Below, piece after piece: positions 1 through 10,277 of a stretch of DNA of 41,268 bases (its first letter is position 1; the number at the start of each line of letters is the position of its first letter). The DNA comes from Deltaproteobacteria bacterium TL4. GTDB lineage: Bacteria; SAR324; NAC60-12. The position numbers and the translations under genes were made by a program. The notes under the pieces are model-generated. The model was not told the origin of the DNA and searched no databases. It saw nothing but the letters and a program-made list of their open reading frames with translations. The stretch lies in contig JBBCAX010000291.1 in the NCBI GenBank assembly GCA_051382335.1, positions 1 through 41,268 on the forward strand, given 5' to 3'.

Positions 1-2
1 AA

Positions 3-170
3 CTGCCTCTTTGGCTTAAAGGAGAACTGATCGATCCTGATCATCAAGATTTGAGCATCCGTCGTCAGTGTGAATTATTGGGATTGAATCGATCGAGTTA
101 CTATTATACTCCTGCTCAGGAGAGCAAGGAAGATTTGGATCTGATGAGGCAAATTAGGAATGAGAATTAA
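3..170 (+). pseudogene. IS3-family transposase OrfB N-terminal fragment (truncated, enters from window edge)
   Basis: Frame 3 reads LIDPDHQDLSIRRQCELLGLNRSSYYYTPAQESKEDLDLMRQI, the typical IS3 OrfB start (LSIRRQCELLG..RSSYYY). It stops at 168-170 with no integrase core. Confidence 0.8.
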
Positions 171-181
171 ATAACTTACCC

Positions 182-1568
182 ATTTCCACTCCTGTTAAGG
201 ATAGTTTTTTTGAAAGTACAGCCGGATTTGAGTTTCTCAAAGGAGTTGTTTTGGCGGCCCACCTTTGTTTTTCACAAAATGGCCTTTGTGGAATCGATGT
301 CCTCTGCCATTTTTTGGAGTTAAGTCAAAGTTCGTCCTTTGTGGGTTCCTCTCACGGGAGTCAAAGCTCGTTTGGGCAGGAAGTGGCGGAGTTGATTCGT
401 CAGTATCAGAAGGAAGAAGGGGCTCGCTTATCAGCGGGGATGAGTCCCCAGCGGATTACGATGTTAGAGGATGAAACCTTTCATGAGGATCAACTCTGTC
501 TAGTGGGGCTGGAAGCGGTCTCGAATTATATCGTTTTGGAAACCTATGCGCCCCATCGTGAAGGAAAAACAGGGACGGAGGAACTCTCAAAGGCCATGAA
601 GGAAATGCCGGTAGAGGTGATTCAGGTGGGAAGTGATGAAGGAAAAGGGTTGTTAAACCACATCACCCAAGGCTTGTCGGCACATCATGCCCCCGATTTA
701 TTTCATCCGCTTCAGGCTCTTTCACAGGTCACCTTGCTGGCCTTGAAAGCCCAAAGTGTAGAAGCGGAAAAGCCGTATCAAAACACTGTCCAACAGACTC
801 AAACGCGGCGAGAGCAACAGGAAGCGTTCTTTCAAAACAGACCTCCTGGACGGGCGCCTGCTTTTGAAAAACGGATCGAGTCTGCCGTGAGCGCTGAGAA
901 ACTCGCCCAAGAAAAACTGGAAACAGCGCAAAACCGACAAACCGAAGTCAAAGACGCTCTGGAGCAAATCAGCCAGAGAAATCAAGAGGGTGTTGCGCCT
1001 GGTGGATCAAAGGCAGGCCACTCTGGTCTTTGTCTGGTTTATGATCGGGGAAATGATGCGGGGGTGGGAGCTTTCCAAACGGCAGGAAGATCAAAGGCTC
1101 CACTTTCTGCTTCCTGCTCTTTATTTTCAGGAATGTGCCCGCAAATCTTCAAACCCTGAAGCGAAACATCGCTTGAGGAAAAAGTCTGAACCATTGTTAC
1201 AGACTTTGGCGTGGAGGGATGTGGACTGGCGGGAGTTGAGTCCTGAGCGGCAAGAAGATTTCAAAAGTAAAGCCCTGGAATGCGCGCAACTCTTTCAAAG
1301 ATCTTCCTCGGCGGTGGAAGGACGTAATGGACAATTGGCACTCAGGCATCACACCCTTCATCAATTTTCCACTCAACGTCTGGAAATGTTGACCTGTTTA
1401 CACAACTACTTTATCAAACGTCCGGATGGGACCACCGCCGCTCAACGTTTTTTCCTGCAAGAACCTCAGGATTTATTTCAATGACTCTTGCGACGGAGGC
1501 CTCCCTTATCCAGACCGGCGGCTTCCAGAAAAAAGGAGCAAAGGAGCAATGCCCTGAAAGTCGCTTGA
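182..1568 (+). pseudogene. DUF6399-type transposase, disrupted
   Basis: Split over ORFs 251-1159 and 990-1484 by a frameshift. Motifs: EDETFH, CLVGLEAVSNYI, SDEGKGL, DLFH, FQRSSSAVEGRNG, LHNYFIKRPDGTTAAQRFF. In-frame TGA at 1482-1484 falls where Trp is expected, and the frame continues to TGA at 1566-1568. The 5' end is missing. Confidence 0.75.
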
Positions 1569-1606
1569 TTGCTGGATTGGCGAAACGATGACTATAGCCT
1601 AACTGA

Positions 1607-3160
1607 TTAATAATGTATTTTCCGGACTTCCAAATTATATTTTTGGATTCTGTACCTCAATTGACGCATCGAAATCCCTAAAAGTTTCGCGGCCTTTAGT
1701 TGCACCCCTTTTGTGGCCGTCAACGCTTTTTCAATGGCCTGAATTTCTTCATGTTCGAGCTTGGATCTATAATTATTTTCAGCAAGAGTTCGGCTCGTGT
1801 CATTCCTGGAAATTTCTTGAGAGACCGGCTCCTTTCTGGAAGATAATACCTGCAGAATGGATTTGAGCTGAAGCGTTTGCCCCTGAGCCATCAAAAAAGC
1901 ACGGTGTATTATATTTTCCAGCTCCCGAATATTGCCAGGCCAAGGATATTCCTGCAATAGAGAAATATCTTCTTCTGAAATGATCAGAAATTTTTTATAT
2001 TCCTGATTCAATTTCATGAGAAAATAATTCACCAGGAAGGGGATGTCTTCTTTCCTTTCTCTCAAAGGCGGAATATTCAACGGAATCACATTCAAGCGAT
2101 AATAAAGATCTTCCCGAAAACGTCCTTCCTGAATCAATTTCCTCAAATCTACGTTCGTTGCGCAGATCACCCGAACATCCGTTTTGATGGTTTTAACTCC
2201 TCCTAGACGCTCAAATTCCTTTTCCTGTAGAATTCGAAGCAGTTTTGCCTGAAAATCCTGGGAGGTGTTGCTGATTTCATCAAGGAACAGCGTTCCCCCA
2301 CTGGCTAATTCAAACCGTCCTTTTTTCGTACTGACCGCACCGGTATAGGCTCCTTTTTCATGGCCAAAGAGCTCGCTGCCCAGAAGCGTCTCGGTCAAAG
2401 CGGCGCAATTCACTCCAATAAAAGGCGCCCAACTTCTTAAACTATATTGATGAATACTCCTGGCAATCACTTCCTTACCGGTTCCACTCTCTCCTGTGAG
2501 CAAAACACTTGCCCGACTTAAGGCTACTTTTTTGATGGTTTCAGCGATCTCCCTCAGTCCGTCACTCTGTCCAACAATCCCCTCCAACACCATGGGGATG
2601 CTTTGTAATTCCTGGCTTTTGGGAAGCTGAGAATTATTATTTTCCAGGCTTGGGCCGATCAGATCCGCAAGAATTCGCAACAACTTAAGTTGCTCTTGCA
2701 TCAACGTGTTTCGGGTTACGTAGCCCAAAAGCAACCCTATAGGACGATTTTTCCCGTGTTTTGTAATGGGATAGGACGCAAAAGCCACTAAATGGTTTTT
2801 TAGATCTTTGGAATAAAATAAAGGCAATTTCCCAATATCCGAAGCATATAGGATGAGGGGATACTCAAAGCGTTGTAAGTACCAGTCAAGGTTGTTTTCG
2901 ATCAGCTTGTTCGCTTCTTTCTGATCTTCTTCTGTTAATTCTGGAGCAACTGCTATCCGGCAGTTGCAGGTGGTATCATCCCGTAGGAGCACCATGGCAT
3001 TGCGAATGGAAAAAAGCTCCCGCAACTGAGTGAACACGTTGTTAAGTTTAAACCTCAGTTCGTCGGAAGAATGTAAAATACTCCCCGCCTGAATCAGAAA
3101 ATCTAAACATAATTCGTTACTTAGTTGAGTTTCAGGGGCTTCTATTTTTTTCATACCCAT
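1607..3160 (-). CDS. Sigma54-dependent enhancer-binding protein, NifA-like (degenerate GAF-like N-domain, AAA+, Fis-type HTH)
   Basis: Walker A GESGTGKE, SELFGHEKGAYTGA, Walker B LFLDEI, FREDLYYRLNV, WPGNIRELEN, and a NifA-like HTH QLKAAKLLGISMRQLRYRIQKY. Start moved to ATG 3160 (or 3154); the ORF-track extension to 3532 crosses the promoter and overlaps the divergent gene. Confidence 0.9.
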   Translation of the reverse strand: MGMKKIEAPETQLSNELCLDFLIQAGSILHSSDELRFKLNNVFTQLRELFSIRNAMVLLRDDTTCNCRIAVAPELTEEDQKEANKLIENNLDWYLQRFEYPLILYASDIGKLPLFYSKDLKNHLVAFASYPITKHGKNRPIGLLLGYVTRNTLMQEQLKLLRILADLIGPSLENNNSQLPKSQELQSIPMVLEGIVGQSDGLREIAETIKKVALSRASVLLTGESGTGKEVIARSIHQYSLRSWAPFIGVNCAALTETLLGSELFGHEKGAYTGAVSTKKGRFELASGGTLFLDEISNTSQDFQAKLLRILQEKEFERLGGVKTIKTDVRVICATNVDLRKLIQEGRFREDLYYRLNVIPLNIPPLRERKEDIPFLVNYFLMKLNQEYKKFLIISEEDISLLQEYPWPGNIRELENIIHRAFLMAQGQTLQLKSILQVLSSRKEPVSQEISRNDTSRTLAENNYRSKLEHEEIQAIEKALTATKGVQLKAAKLLGISMRQLRYRIQKYNLEVRKIHY

Positions 3161-3177
3161 CCGAAAATAAAAAATGC

Positions 3178-3228
3178 TGTAATAAATGTAAACTATGTCA
3201 TAGAGTGTCAAAATTGTTATTTTTGTCA
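3178..3228. promoter_or_regulatory. Six phased TGTHA repeats, candidate activator binding array
   Basis: TGTAA 3178, TGTAA 3187, TGTCA 3196, TGTCA 3206, TGTTA 3215, TGTCA 3224, spaced 9-10 bp, lying 45-95 bp upstream of the sigma54-like site. Confidence 0.45.
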
Positions 3229-3272
3229 AGTCATAATTAACATAAAATTCTGATTTTATTGCTAAAATTATG

Positions 3273-3287
3273 TGGCATGAATCTTGG
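3273..3287 (+). promoter_or_regulatory. Candidate sigma54 (-24/-12) promoter for the PPDK-like gene/gdhA operon
   Basis: TGGCATGAATCTTGG versus consensus TGGCACNNNNNTTGC: correct GG-N10-G spacing, but -12 is G rather than C. It lies next to a divergent sigma54 activator gene. Confidence 0.6.
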
Positions 3288-3429
3288 AGAAGAGGAAGGG
3301 GAGTCTCCCATTTCAGTTTTTTTGAAGGCAGCGACTCCAATTTACGGATAACTTTCAGAATCATCGTACCGAGTTTTCGGTGAATTGTTCTTTTTAACAG
3401 CTCCAATGATGTTTGGTTATTGAGGAAGA

Positions 3430-6051
3430 ATGTTTCAGGGTAATGAACATTTAAGCACAGGACTTCGCGGGTTGGATCAGGTTTTACGGGGACTGATTCC
3501 TGGTGACAATCTTGTATGGCGTGTTGATTCAATTGCGGATTATGTTCCCTTTGTCCAACCCTATTACGAAAGTGCCCGTACTCGTGGAAAACGTCTGATT
3601 TATATGCGCTTTGCCAATCACGAAGCCTTGTTGTCAGATCAACCTGGTCTTGAAATCCACACCTTGAATCCTCACACCGGGTTTGAAACTTTTATTGAAG
3701 ATGTTCATGCGATTATCGAAAAATCAGGACGAGGGGCCTGGTATCTTTTCGACTGTTTATCAGAACTCGCCGCCATCTGGCGCAGTGATATCATCCTCGG
3801 CAATTTTTTTGTGCTCACCTGTCCTTACTTGTATGATGTGGAGGCCGTTGCCTATTTTGCGCTGATTCGATATTATAATGCTTCCGAGGCGACAACGTTG
3901 ATCAAAGACACCGCTCAGGTTGTGCTTGATGTCTATCGTCACAAAGGCGCTCTCTATTTACAACCCCTTAAAATTTTACAGCGTCACTCACCCACCATGC
4001 ACATGCTTCATGTGTGGCAACAAGATAATTTTCTGCCTGTTGCGGATAGTGCAACCACCACTGAAATTTTGAGTGCAGCTCCTTGTATTCCCTCCATATA
4101 CAACCGGTTCCGTCATGGGATTTGGAACCAGACTTTTCGCCATGCGGAAGAAATTATCCAGGCCAAAAACAGAGATAAACCTTATGATAAAGGCTTCGCC
4201 CAGGATATTTTAAAGAAACTGATCCGCATGACAGTTACTCGCAATAAAAAAATGCTGAAGTTGGTAGAGAAATATTTTACGCTCGAAGATCTTCTCGCCT
4301 TGGGAAAACGCATTATTGGAACGGGGTTGATTGGTGGAAAATCGACGGGGATGTTGTTGTCCAGGGCTATCTTAAAACAAACCGATCCCCGTTGGGAAAA
4401 AATCATGGAAGCGCATGATTCTTTTTATGTGGGTTCTGATGTTTTTGTAACCTTTCTGGTTAAAAACGGACTTTGGTGGAAATGGCAGAAACATCGGAAT
4501 CCTGAGCGTTTTCTCCATAAAACGGAACGTATCCGGCAACACATCATCGTTGGAACCTTTCCCGATTATATCAAGGTTCAGATGCAGGATATGCTGGATT
4601 ATTTTGGACAGTCTCCCATTATTGTGCGCTCCAGCAGCCTTCTTGAAGACAGCTTTGGCCATTCCTTTGTCGGCAAGTACGTCAGCGTCTTTCTGGCCAG
4701 CCAGGGGTCCAGGGAGCAACGCATGCAGGATTTTATGTCGGCAGTTCGAACCATCTATGCCAGTGTGGTGAGTGAAGACGCGCTGAAATATCGTTTTCGG
4801 CGTGGAATGCTTAGCGCGAATGAACAGATGGCACTGTTGGTCCAGAGGGTTTCGGGATCAGTCCATGGTAATTTGTTTTATCCCCATATAGCTGGTGTTG
4901 GGCTTTCATACAATCCATATGTCTGGAGTAAGGATATTGATCCCTATGCCGGAGTGCTGCGTCTCGTCTTAGGTTTGGGAACCCGGGCTGTTGATCGTAC
5001 AGATGACGATTTTACACGCTTGATTGCACTGAACGATCCTCTAAAAAGACCTGTAGAGAATGCTGATGACGTACTCCGCTATATTCAGCGGCGGGTTGAT
5101 GTTTTGGATCTGCAAGCCAATCAACTGGTAACCCAGGATTTCGAAGATGTGGCGAAACAAAGTCCGGGGCTGCCCATCGAAATATTTGCCTCACGGGATG
5201 AAAAAAGAGAAAAGGCTATAGGGTACAAAGGGAGGGAAATCTTCCCATGGGTGATTACCTTTGACTCATTAATCAGGAAAACGGACTATATTGAGACCAT
5301 GAGTCAAATGTTAAAACAATTACAGGACATTTATGGTTGCCCTGTTGACTTGGAATTCACCACTAATTTTCTACCCAATGATACCTACAAGATCAACTTT
5401 GTTCAGTGTCGCCCTTTGCAGGTCAAGGGGGATTACGCGATCGCCAATCCTCCCGAACAAATTGAGCCGGAGGATCTGATTTTAAAAGCGAGTGGAGCGA
5501 TCATTGGCGTAAGTCAAATCAGTCATGTTGACAGGATCATCTATGTGGTTCCCTCCATTTATGGTCAACTGGCTTTGGGGGATCGCTATTCGGTTGCCCG
5601 GATTATAGGCAAGATCGTGCACCAAAAAGAACAGACCCCTCAGGGAAATATCATGCTGATTGGACCGGGACGATGGGGAACCTCTACGCCATCCCTGGGA
5701 GTTCCGACTTCCTTTGGCGAAATCAGTACCATTTCAGTTCTGGTTGAAATTGTGGCCATGCACGAAAATCTGGTGCCGGAAGTTTCTCTTGGAAGCCATT
5801 TTTTCAACGAACTGGTTGAATCCGAGATTCTCTACTTTGCGCTCTTTCCTGAACAGGATCAGAACGTGCTGAATTCTGAGCTTTTGTGTCATTTGCCAAA
5901 CCGGTTCTCGGAATTGATGCCCGAAGACTCCAAATGGTCGAATGTTATTCGCGTCATTGACGCATCTTCTTTAGAGGGTAACCAATCCATGATTCTCAAT
6001 GCTAATGCCATTAATCAGCAAGTGATTTGTTACCTCGAAACCTCGCAATGA
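3430..6051 (+). CDS. PEP-synthase/PPDK N-terminal (ATP-grasp) domain protein with degenerate RecA/KaiC-like N-terminal domain
   Basis: RBS GAGG. N-terminus LSTGLRGLDQVLRGLIPGD is KaiC/RecA-like but lacks Walker A. PPDK_N motifs: IGGK, VRSSSLLEDSFGHSFVG, LLVQ, GLG, PVDLEF, VQCRP. C-terminal GPGRWG and SLGSHFF. No PEP/pyruvate TIM barrel. Confidence 0.85.
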   Translation: MFQGNEHLSTGLRGLDQVLRGLIPGDNLVWRVDSIADYVPFVQPYYESARTRGKRLIYMRFANHEALLSDQPGLEIHTLNPHTGFETFIEDVHAIIEKSGRGAWYLFDCLSELAAIWRSDIILGNFFVLTCPYLYDVEAVAYFALIRYYNASEATTLIKDTAQVVLDVYRHKGALYLQPLKILQRHSPTMHMLHVWQQDNFLPVADSATTTEILSAAPCIPSIYNRFRHGIWNQTFRHAEEIIQAKNRDKPYDKGFAQDILKKLIRMTVTRNKKMLKLVEKYFTLEDLLALGKRIIGTGLIGGKSTGMLLSRAILKQTDPRWEKIMEAHDSFYVGSDVFVTFLVKNGLWWKWQKHRNPERFLHKTERIRQHIIVGTFPDYIKVQMQDMLDYFGQSPIIVRSSSLLEDSFGHSFVGKYVSVFLASQGSREQRMQDFMSAVRTIYASVVSEDALKYRFRRGMLSANEQMALLVQRVSGSVHGNLFYPHIAGVGLSYNPYVWSKDIDPYAGVLRLVLGLGTRAVDRTDDDFTRLIALNDPLKRPVENADDVLRYIQRRVDVLDLQANQLVTQDFEDVAKQSPGLPIEIFASRDEKREKAIGYKGREIFPWVITFDSLIRKTDYIETMSQMLKQLQDIYGCPVDLEFTTNFLPNDTYKINFVQCRPLQVKGDYAIANPPEQIEPEDLILKASGAIIGVSQISHVDRIIYVVPSIYGQLALGDRYSVARIIGKIVHQKEQTPQGNIMLIGPGRWGTSTPSLGVPTSFGEISTISVLVEIVAMHENLVPEVSLGSHFFNELVESEILYFALFPEQDQNVLNSELLCHLPNRFSELMPEDSKWSNVIRVIDASSLEGNQSMILNANAINQQVICYLETSQ

Positions 6052-6190
6052 AGCTGCGATGGCTGTTCAGACAATACATGTTGGAGAGACCTGGGGTTCC
6101 TCCAATCCATGTGAGACTGTTTATCTGAAACATTCATGGTTGGCCATTGCGCTATTCAGGGGATATCCTTGGGGTTGTTCCTGTTTTTGA

Positions 6191-7564
<1,374 letters not shown>

Positions 7565-7572
7565 TATTCTTT

Positions 7573-7600
7573 CAGGTGGGTTATGTTCTTAACCCGCCTG
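7573..7600 (+). terminator. Hairpin just after the gdhA stop (terminator or mRNA stabiliser)
   Basis: CAGGTGGGTTA-tgttct-TAACCCGCCTG forms an 11-bp stem with one G-U pair; the U-tail is weak. Confidence 0.5.
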
Positions 7601-7689
7601 TGTTCCCTATTTCAAAGCAGTCCTCTGACCTGGTTCAAATCAGGGTCCTTCTTTTCTGTTTCTCAACACTTTGTTTGGGAACGACCTGA

Positions 7690-7788
7690 TATAGATGTCC
7701 AGAATTTCTGCTGGGAGCGCAGACGTCCCGCCTGCTTTTGCGGGCAAGATGCCAGCACTCCCAGAAAAAACTTTTCTGGACATCTATA
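7690..7788. mobile_element. 99-bp MITE-like element carrying a REP-like palindromic doublet
   Basis: Perfect 15-bp inverted repeats TATAGATGTCCAGAA (7690-7704) and TTCTGGACATCTATA (7774-7788); the terminal TA may be the target duplication. Internal CTGGGAGCGCAGACGTCCCGCCTGC-tttt-GCGGGCAAGATGCCAGCACTCCCAG (7711-7764). Confidence 0.75.
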
Positions 7789-7810
7789 AGGGACATTTCT
7801 CTGATTATTT

Positions 7811-8586
7811 CGATCTGTGCAGGTACTTTTATTTCTATGATGCGAGTTTAAACTCCATTTCACCTGTCTGAAACCAAGCATCATATTCTTTATTTTTTTT
7901 AAGGCTGTTACGGAGGCTAACGCCACACTTCCAGCTTTAGACCAACTCATTCCATTATTTTTTTGTTGATCAGCCACCAGGAGATCCTTGGCTTTTTCAC
8001 CCCGATTACTCGAATTTCGGAGTCCCAAACGCCTTCGTCTTTCATAAGCAGGAATCATGGGCCTATTTTTTCCCAGATATCGGATCAAATGCAGGAGTTC
8101 TTCCTGGTTTTTAAGCTGATTTTCCGGAATCAGTCTCAGATAATCCACCGCCTGTTCAACCAGGCCATGCCAGAGGAGAGGCCTCAGTTGATCAAGAATG
8201 GAGTTACGAATCAGACTGCCTTTGCAAGCCATGCTCAGCAGTTCCTCGCATTTTTTTTCCCAAATGATACCAATCCAGAATAATCGTGAGTTGGGATCGC
8301 CAGAAAAAGAACCGGAGGAGTATGGTGTATAAGGAATGTCCATCCACAAAGAATACCCAGGGACAACTGTCCAAGTGGTTGTGTAGCAAAAACGCCAGCA
8401 ACATCCCCAGAACGTTCAAGACGCTTTCTCCATTGAGCAGATAGCATATTTTCTTGTGAACATGGACAACAGCGTGTTGGATATACTCGCGTTTTTTTAT
8501 AGACGCGGACGCTGGAGTCTGTTTCGGGCGGACTTCTGCTTGTTTTTTGGCTCGGACCTCATCAATGGATAGATGAACAGCTTTCC
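7811..8586 (-). pseudogene. ISKra4/ISLre2 (UPF0236-like, Mutator-like) transposase remnant with one terminal repeat
   Basis: Pieces in ORFs 8204-8629 and 7663-8349: HLSIDEV, FFVDG, ILDWYHL, LRNSSNRGEKA, KNNGMSWS. Frameshifts at T-runs near 8251-8258 and 7892-7900; restored C-terminus NKEYDAWFQTGEMEFKLAS* (stop 7835-7837). End sequence CGATCTGTGCAGGTAC at 7811-7826. 5' part deleted. Confidence 0.75.
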
Positions 8587-8797
8587 AGCATTGGTTTAGG
8601 CGCCGGTAAAATACTGACGATTCTCGCACTCAACGCAAACCATCATGCTCTACATCCGGGCGCCCCAACGCTCTCCGAAGTGAACTGTCTTGCCGTTGCG
8701 GTATCGGTCTCGTGGACTGGCGAAAAAATCGCGGAATTTTTGAGTCGTGTGATCGCTGTTTATGGTCGCCCTCTCGCCTATCTCAAAGATAGTGGAT
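8587..8797 (+). pseudogene. Internal fragment of another probable DDE transposase (not in ORF track)
   Basis: Reads SIGLGAGKILTILALNANHHALHPGAPTLSEVNCLAVAVSVSWTGEKIAEFLSRVIAVYGRPLAYLKDSGS, an RNase-H-like core segment (SWTGE.I..L...GRP..Y.KD.G). It has no start and is fused directly to the preceding remnant. Confidence 0.55.
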
Positions 8798-9023
8798 CTT
8801 CTTTTCTTCTTTACTCCAGTAGATGATTAGTTCATATTTAGACATGGTTTGAATCTCCTAATTTATATTTAAAAATGAGATCTCGTACTTGTTTAACTTG
8901 ATAAGATTTTGCTTTGTTTGCTTTCAGTTGGAGATTAATTATTTCTTCAAGTCCACATCCGGTGGTTCGTAGAAATCATCTCGCTGTTGCGGGATAGTAA
9001 AAGTTACCAACAATAACAGAATT

Positions 9024-10229
9024 ATGACTTCAGAAAAATTTTCATCTTTCAAAAATGAATTAGAATCATTCGATAAAACAAATACTCCTGAAAAAGCTCC
9101 TGACACCCAAGGAACCTCCAGCACTGTTTTATCCGAAATAGATCAGAATCGTGCTGAACAGCCTCTCATTTTAATCATTGATGATGACCCCTCTGTTCTT
9201 GAATTGTTAAACTTCACTTTGCAAGAAAACTATGAACTCCTTTTGTGTCAAAGTGGAGAACAAGGAGTTAATGAGGTAAACGCAGACGTTTCAGCAGTCA
9301 TTCTGGATATAAAAATGCGGGGGAAAGATGGTTTTCAAACATTCATCGAAATTAAAAACAAGTTTCCCCACCTGCCCATCATCTTTCATTCGGCATATCA
9401 GGATTTAAAAGATCCTTACCACATCATGAACGAATATCGACCCTTCGGCTACATCGTTAAAGAAGGTAACGCAAGGAAGTTATGGGACACTATTGCCAGT
9501 GCTGTGGAGTTTCACAGACAACTCGAAAAGAACGCGCAATTGGCAGAAGCGTTAAGAGTGGCTTACGCACAACAAAATAAAGTGATAGAAGAAGATCGTT
9601 CCCGCTTTGCTGAGGCACTTCACAATGATGTTCTACAACTTGTGGGATTGATGGCAAAGGAAATGAAGACTGCACTTGAAAAAAAGGAGTGTCCTTCTTC
9701 AGCACATGCTTCTCAGCAGTGCCTTTACCAGCAGGAAGAAAATCGGTTTCTCGAACAAATCCATGCCATTGATAGTCAGATACGTGAGATTATGAACGAT
9801 TTACATCCGCGAACACTGAAGGATCTTGGTATAGTTCCGGCTCTGAGGGCGTATGTGCGGCAATTGACTCAAAAAACAACCATCAACCTTGATTTTCAAC
9901 CATGCGCTGAATTTGAAGAACTGCCCTTTGACGTGAAACTCGTCGTGTTTCGCATCGCCCAGGAAGCAATCGCCAATATTGTCAAGCACGCAAAGGTGAA
10001 TCAGGCACAGCTCCTGCTGGGACAAAAGGAGGATTTCCTGTGGTTACAAATAGAAGACGAAGGAAAAGGGTTCGACAGTCGATCTATTCTGAAACAAAAG
10101 ATTCCTCAAACACATGGCCTTTTTTTTATGCGGGAAAACGCGAAACGGATTGGAGGAACCTTGAACATTCATTCGGAAATCAATGAAGGGACAACTATTT
10201 TGCTGGAAATCCCCAGGGCAAATAAGTAG
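9024..10229 (+). CDS. Soluble hybrid histidine kinase: receiver + HisKA_3 (NarX/UhpB type) + HATPase
   Basis: REC: LIIDDD, ILDIKM, HSAY, YIVK. H-box RSRFAEALHND, LHPRTLKDLGI, N-box FRIAQEAIANIVKHA, G boxes IEDEGKGFD and HGLFFMRE. No transmembrane segment. Confidence 0.92.
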   Translation: MTSEKFSSFKNELESFDKTNTPEKAPDTQGTSSTVLSEIDQNRAEQPLILIIDDDPSVLELLNFTLQENYELLLCQSGEQGVNEVNADVSAVILDIKMRGKDGFQTFIEIKNKFPHLPIIFHSAYQDLKDPYHIMNEYRPFGYIVKEGNARKLWDTIASAVEFHRQLEKNAQLAEALRVAYAQQNKVIEEDRSRFAEALHNDVLQLVGLMAKEMKTALEKKECPSSAHASQQCLYQQEENRFLEQIHAIDSQIREIMNDLHPRTLKDLGIVPALRAYVRQLTQKTTINLDFQPCAEFEELPFDVKLVVFRIAQEAIANIVKHAKVNQAQLLLGQKEDFLWLQIEDEGKGFDSRSILKQKIPQTHGLFFMRENAKRIGGTLNIHSEINEGTTILLEIPRANK

Positions 10230-10277
10230 TGTTTGGGGAACGTTCAAAACATAACTTGCTCTCAAGGAGACTTCTTC

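Noticed and set aside
1607..3160. Calling the activator nifA
   Set aside because: The HTH is NifA-like, but there are no nif genes or TGT-N10-ACA sites here and the GAF region is degenerate.
3290..3362. Glycine-riboswitch-like words (GAAGG..AGCGA..AACTTTCAG) in the leader
   Set aside because: The conserved GGAGAG, CCGAAG and CAGG elements are missing or altered. It would need an Infernal hit to the glycine riboswitch model to stand.
3161..3532. N-terminal 124-aa extension of the sigma54 activator ORF
   Set aside because: It runs through the AT-rich promoter, overlaps the divergent gene head-to-head, and does not look like protein.
3430..6051. Calling the gene ppsA/ppdK or kaiC
   Set aside because: It lacks the pyruvate-binding barrel and the KaiC Walker A.
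7583..7789. 68-aa ORF containing WERRRPAC..GQDASTP
   Set aside because: It is a translation of the REP/MITE sequence, not a gene.
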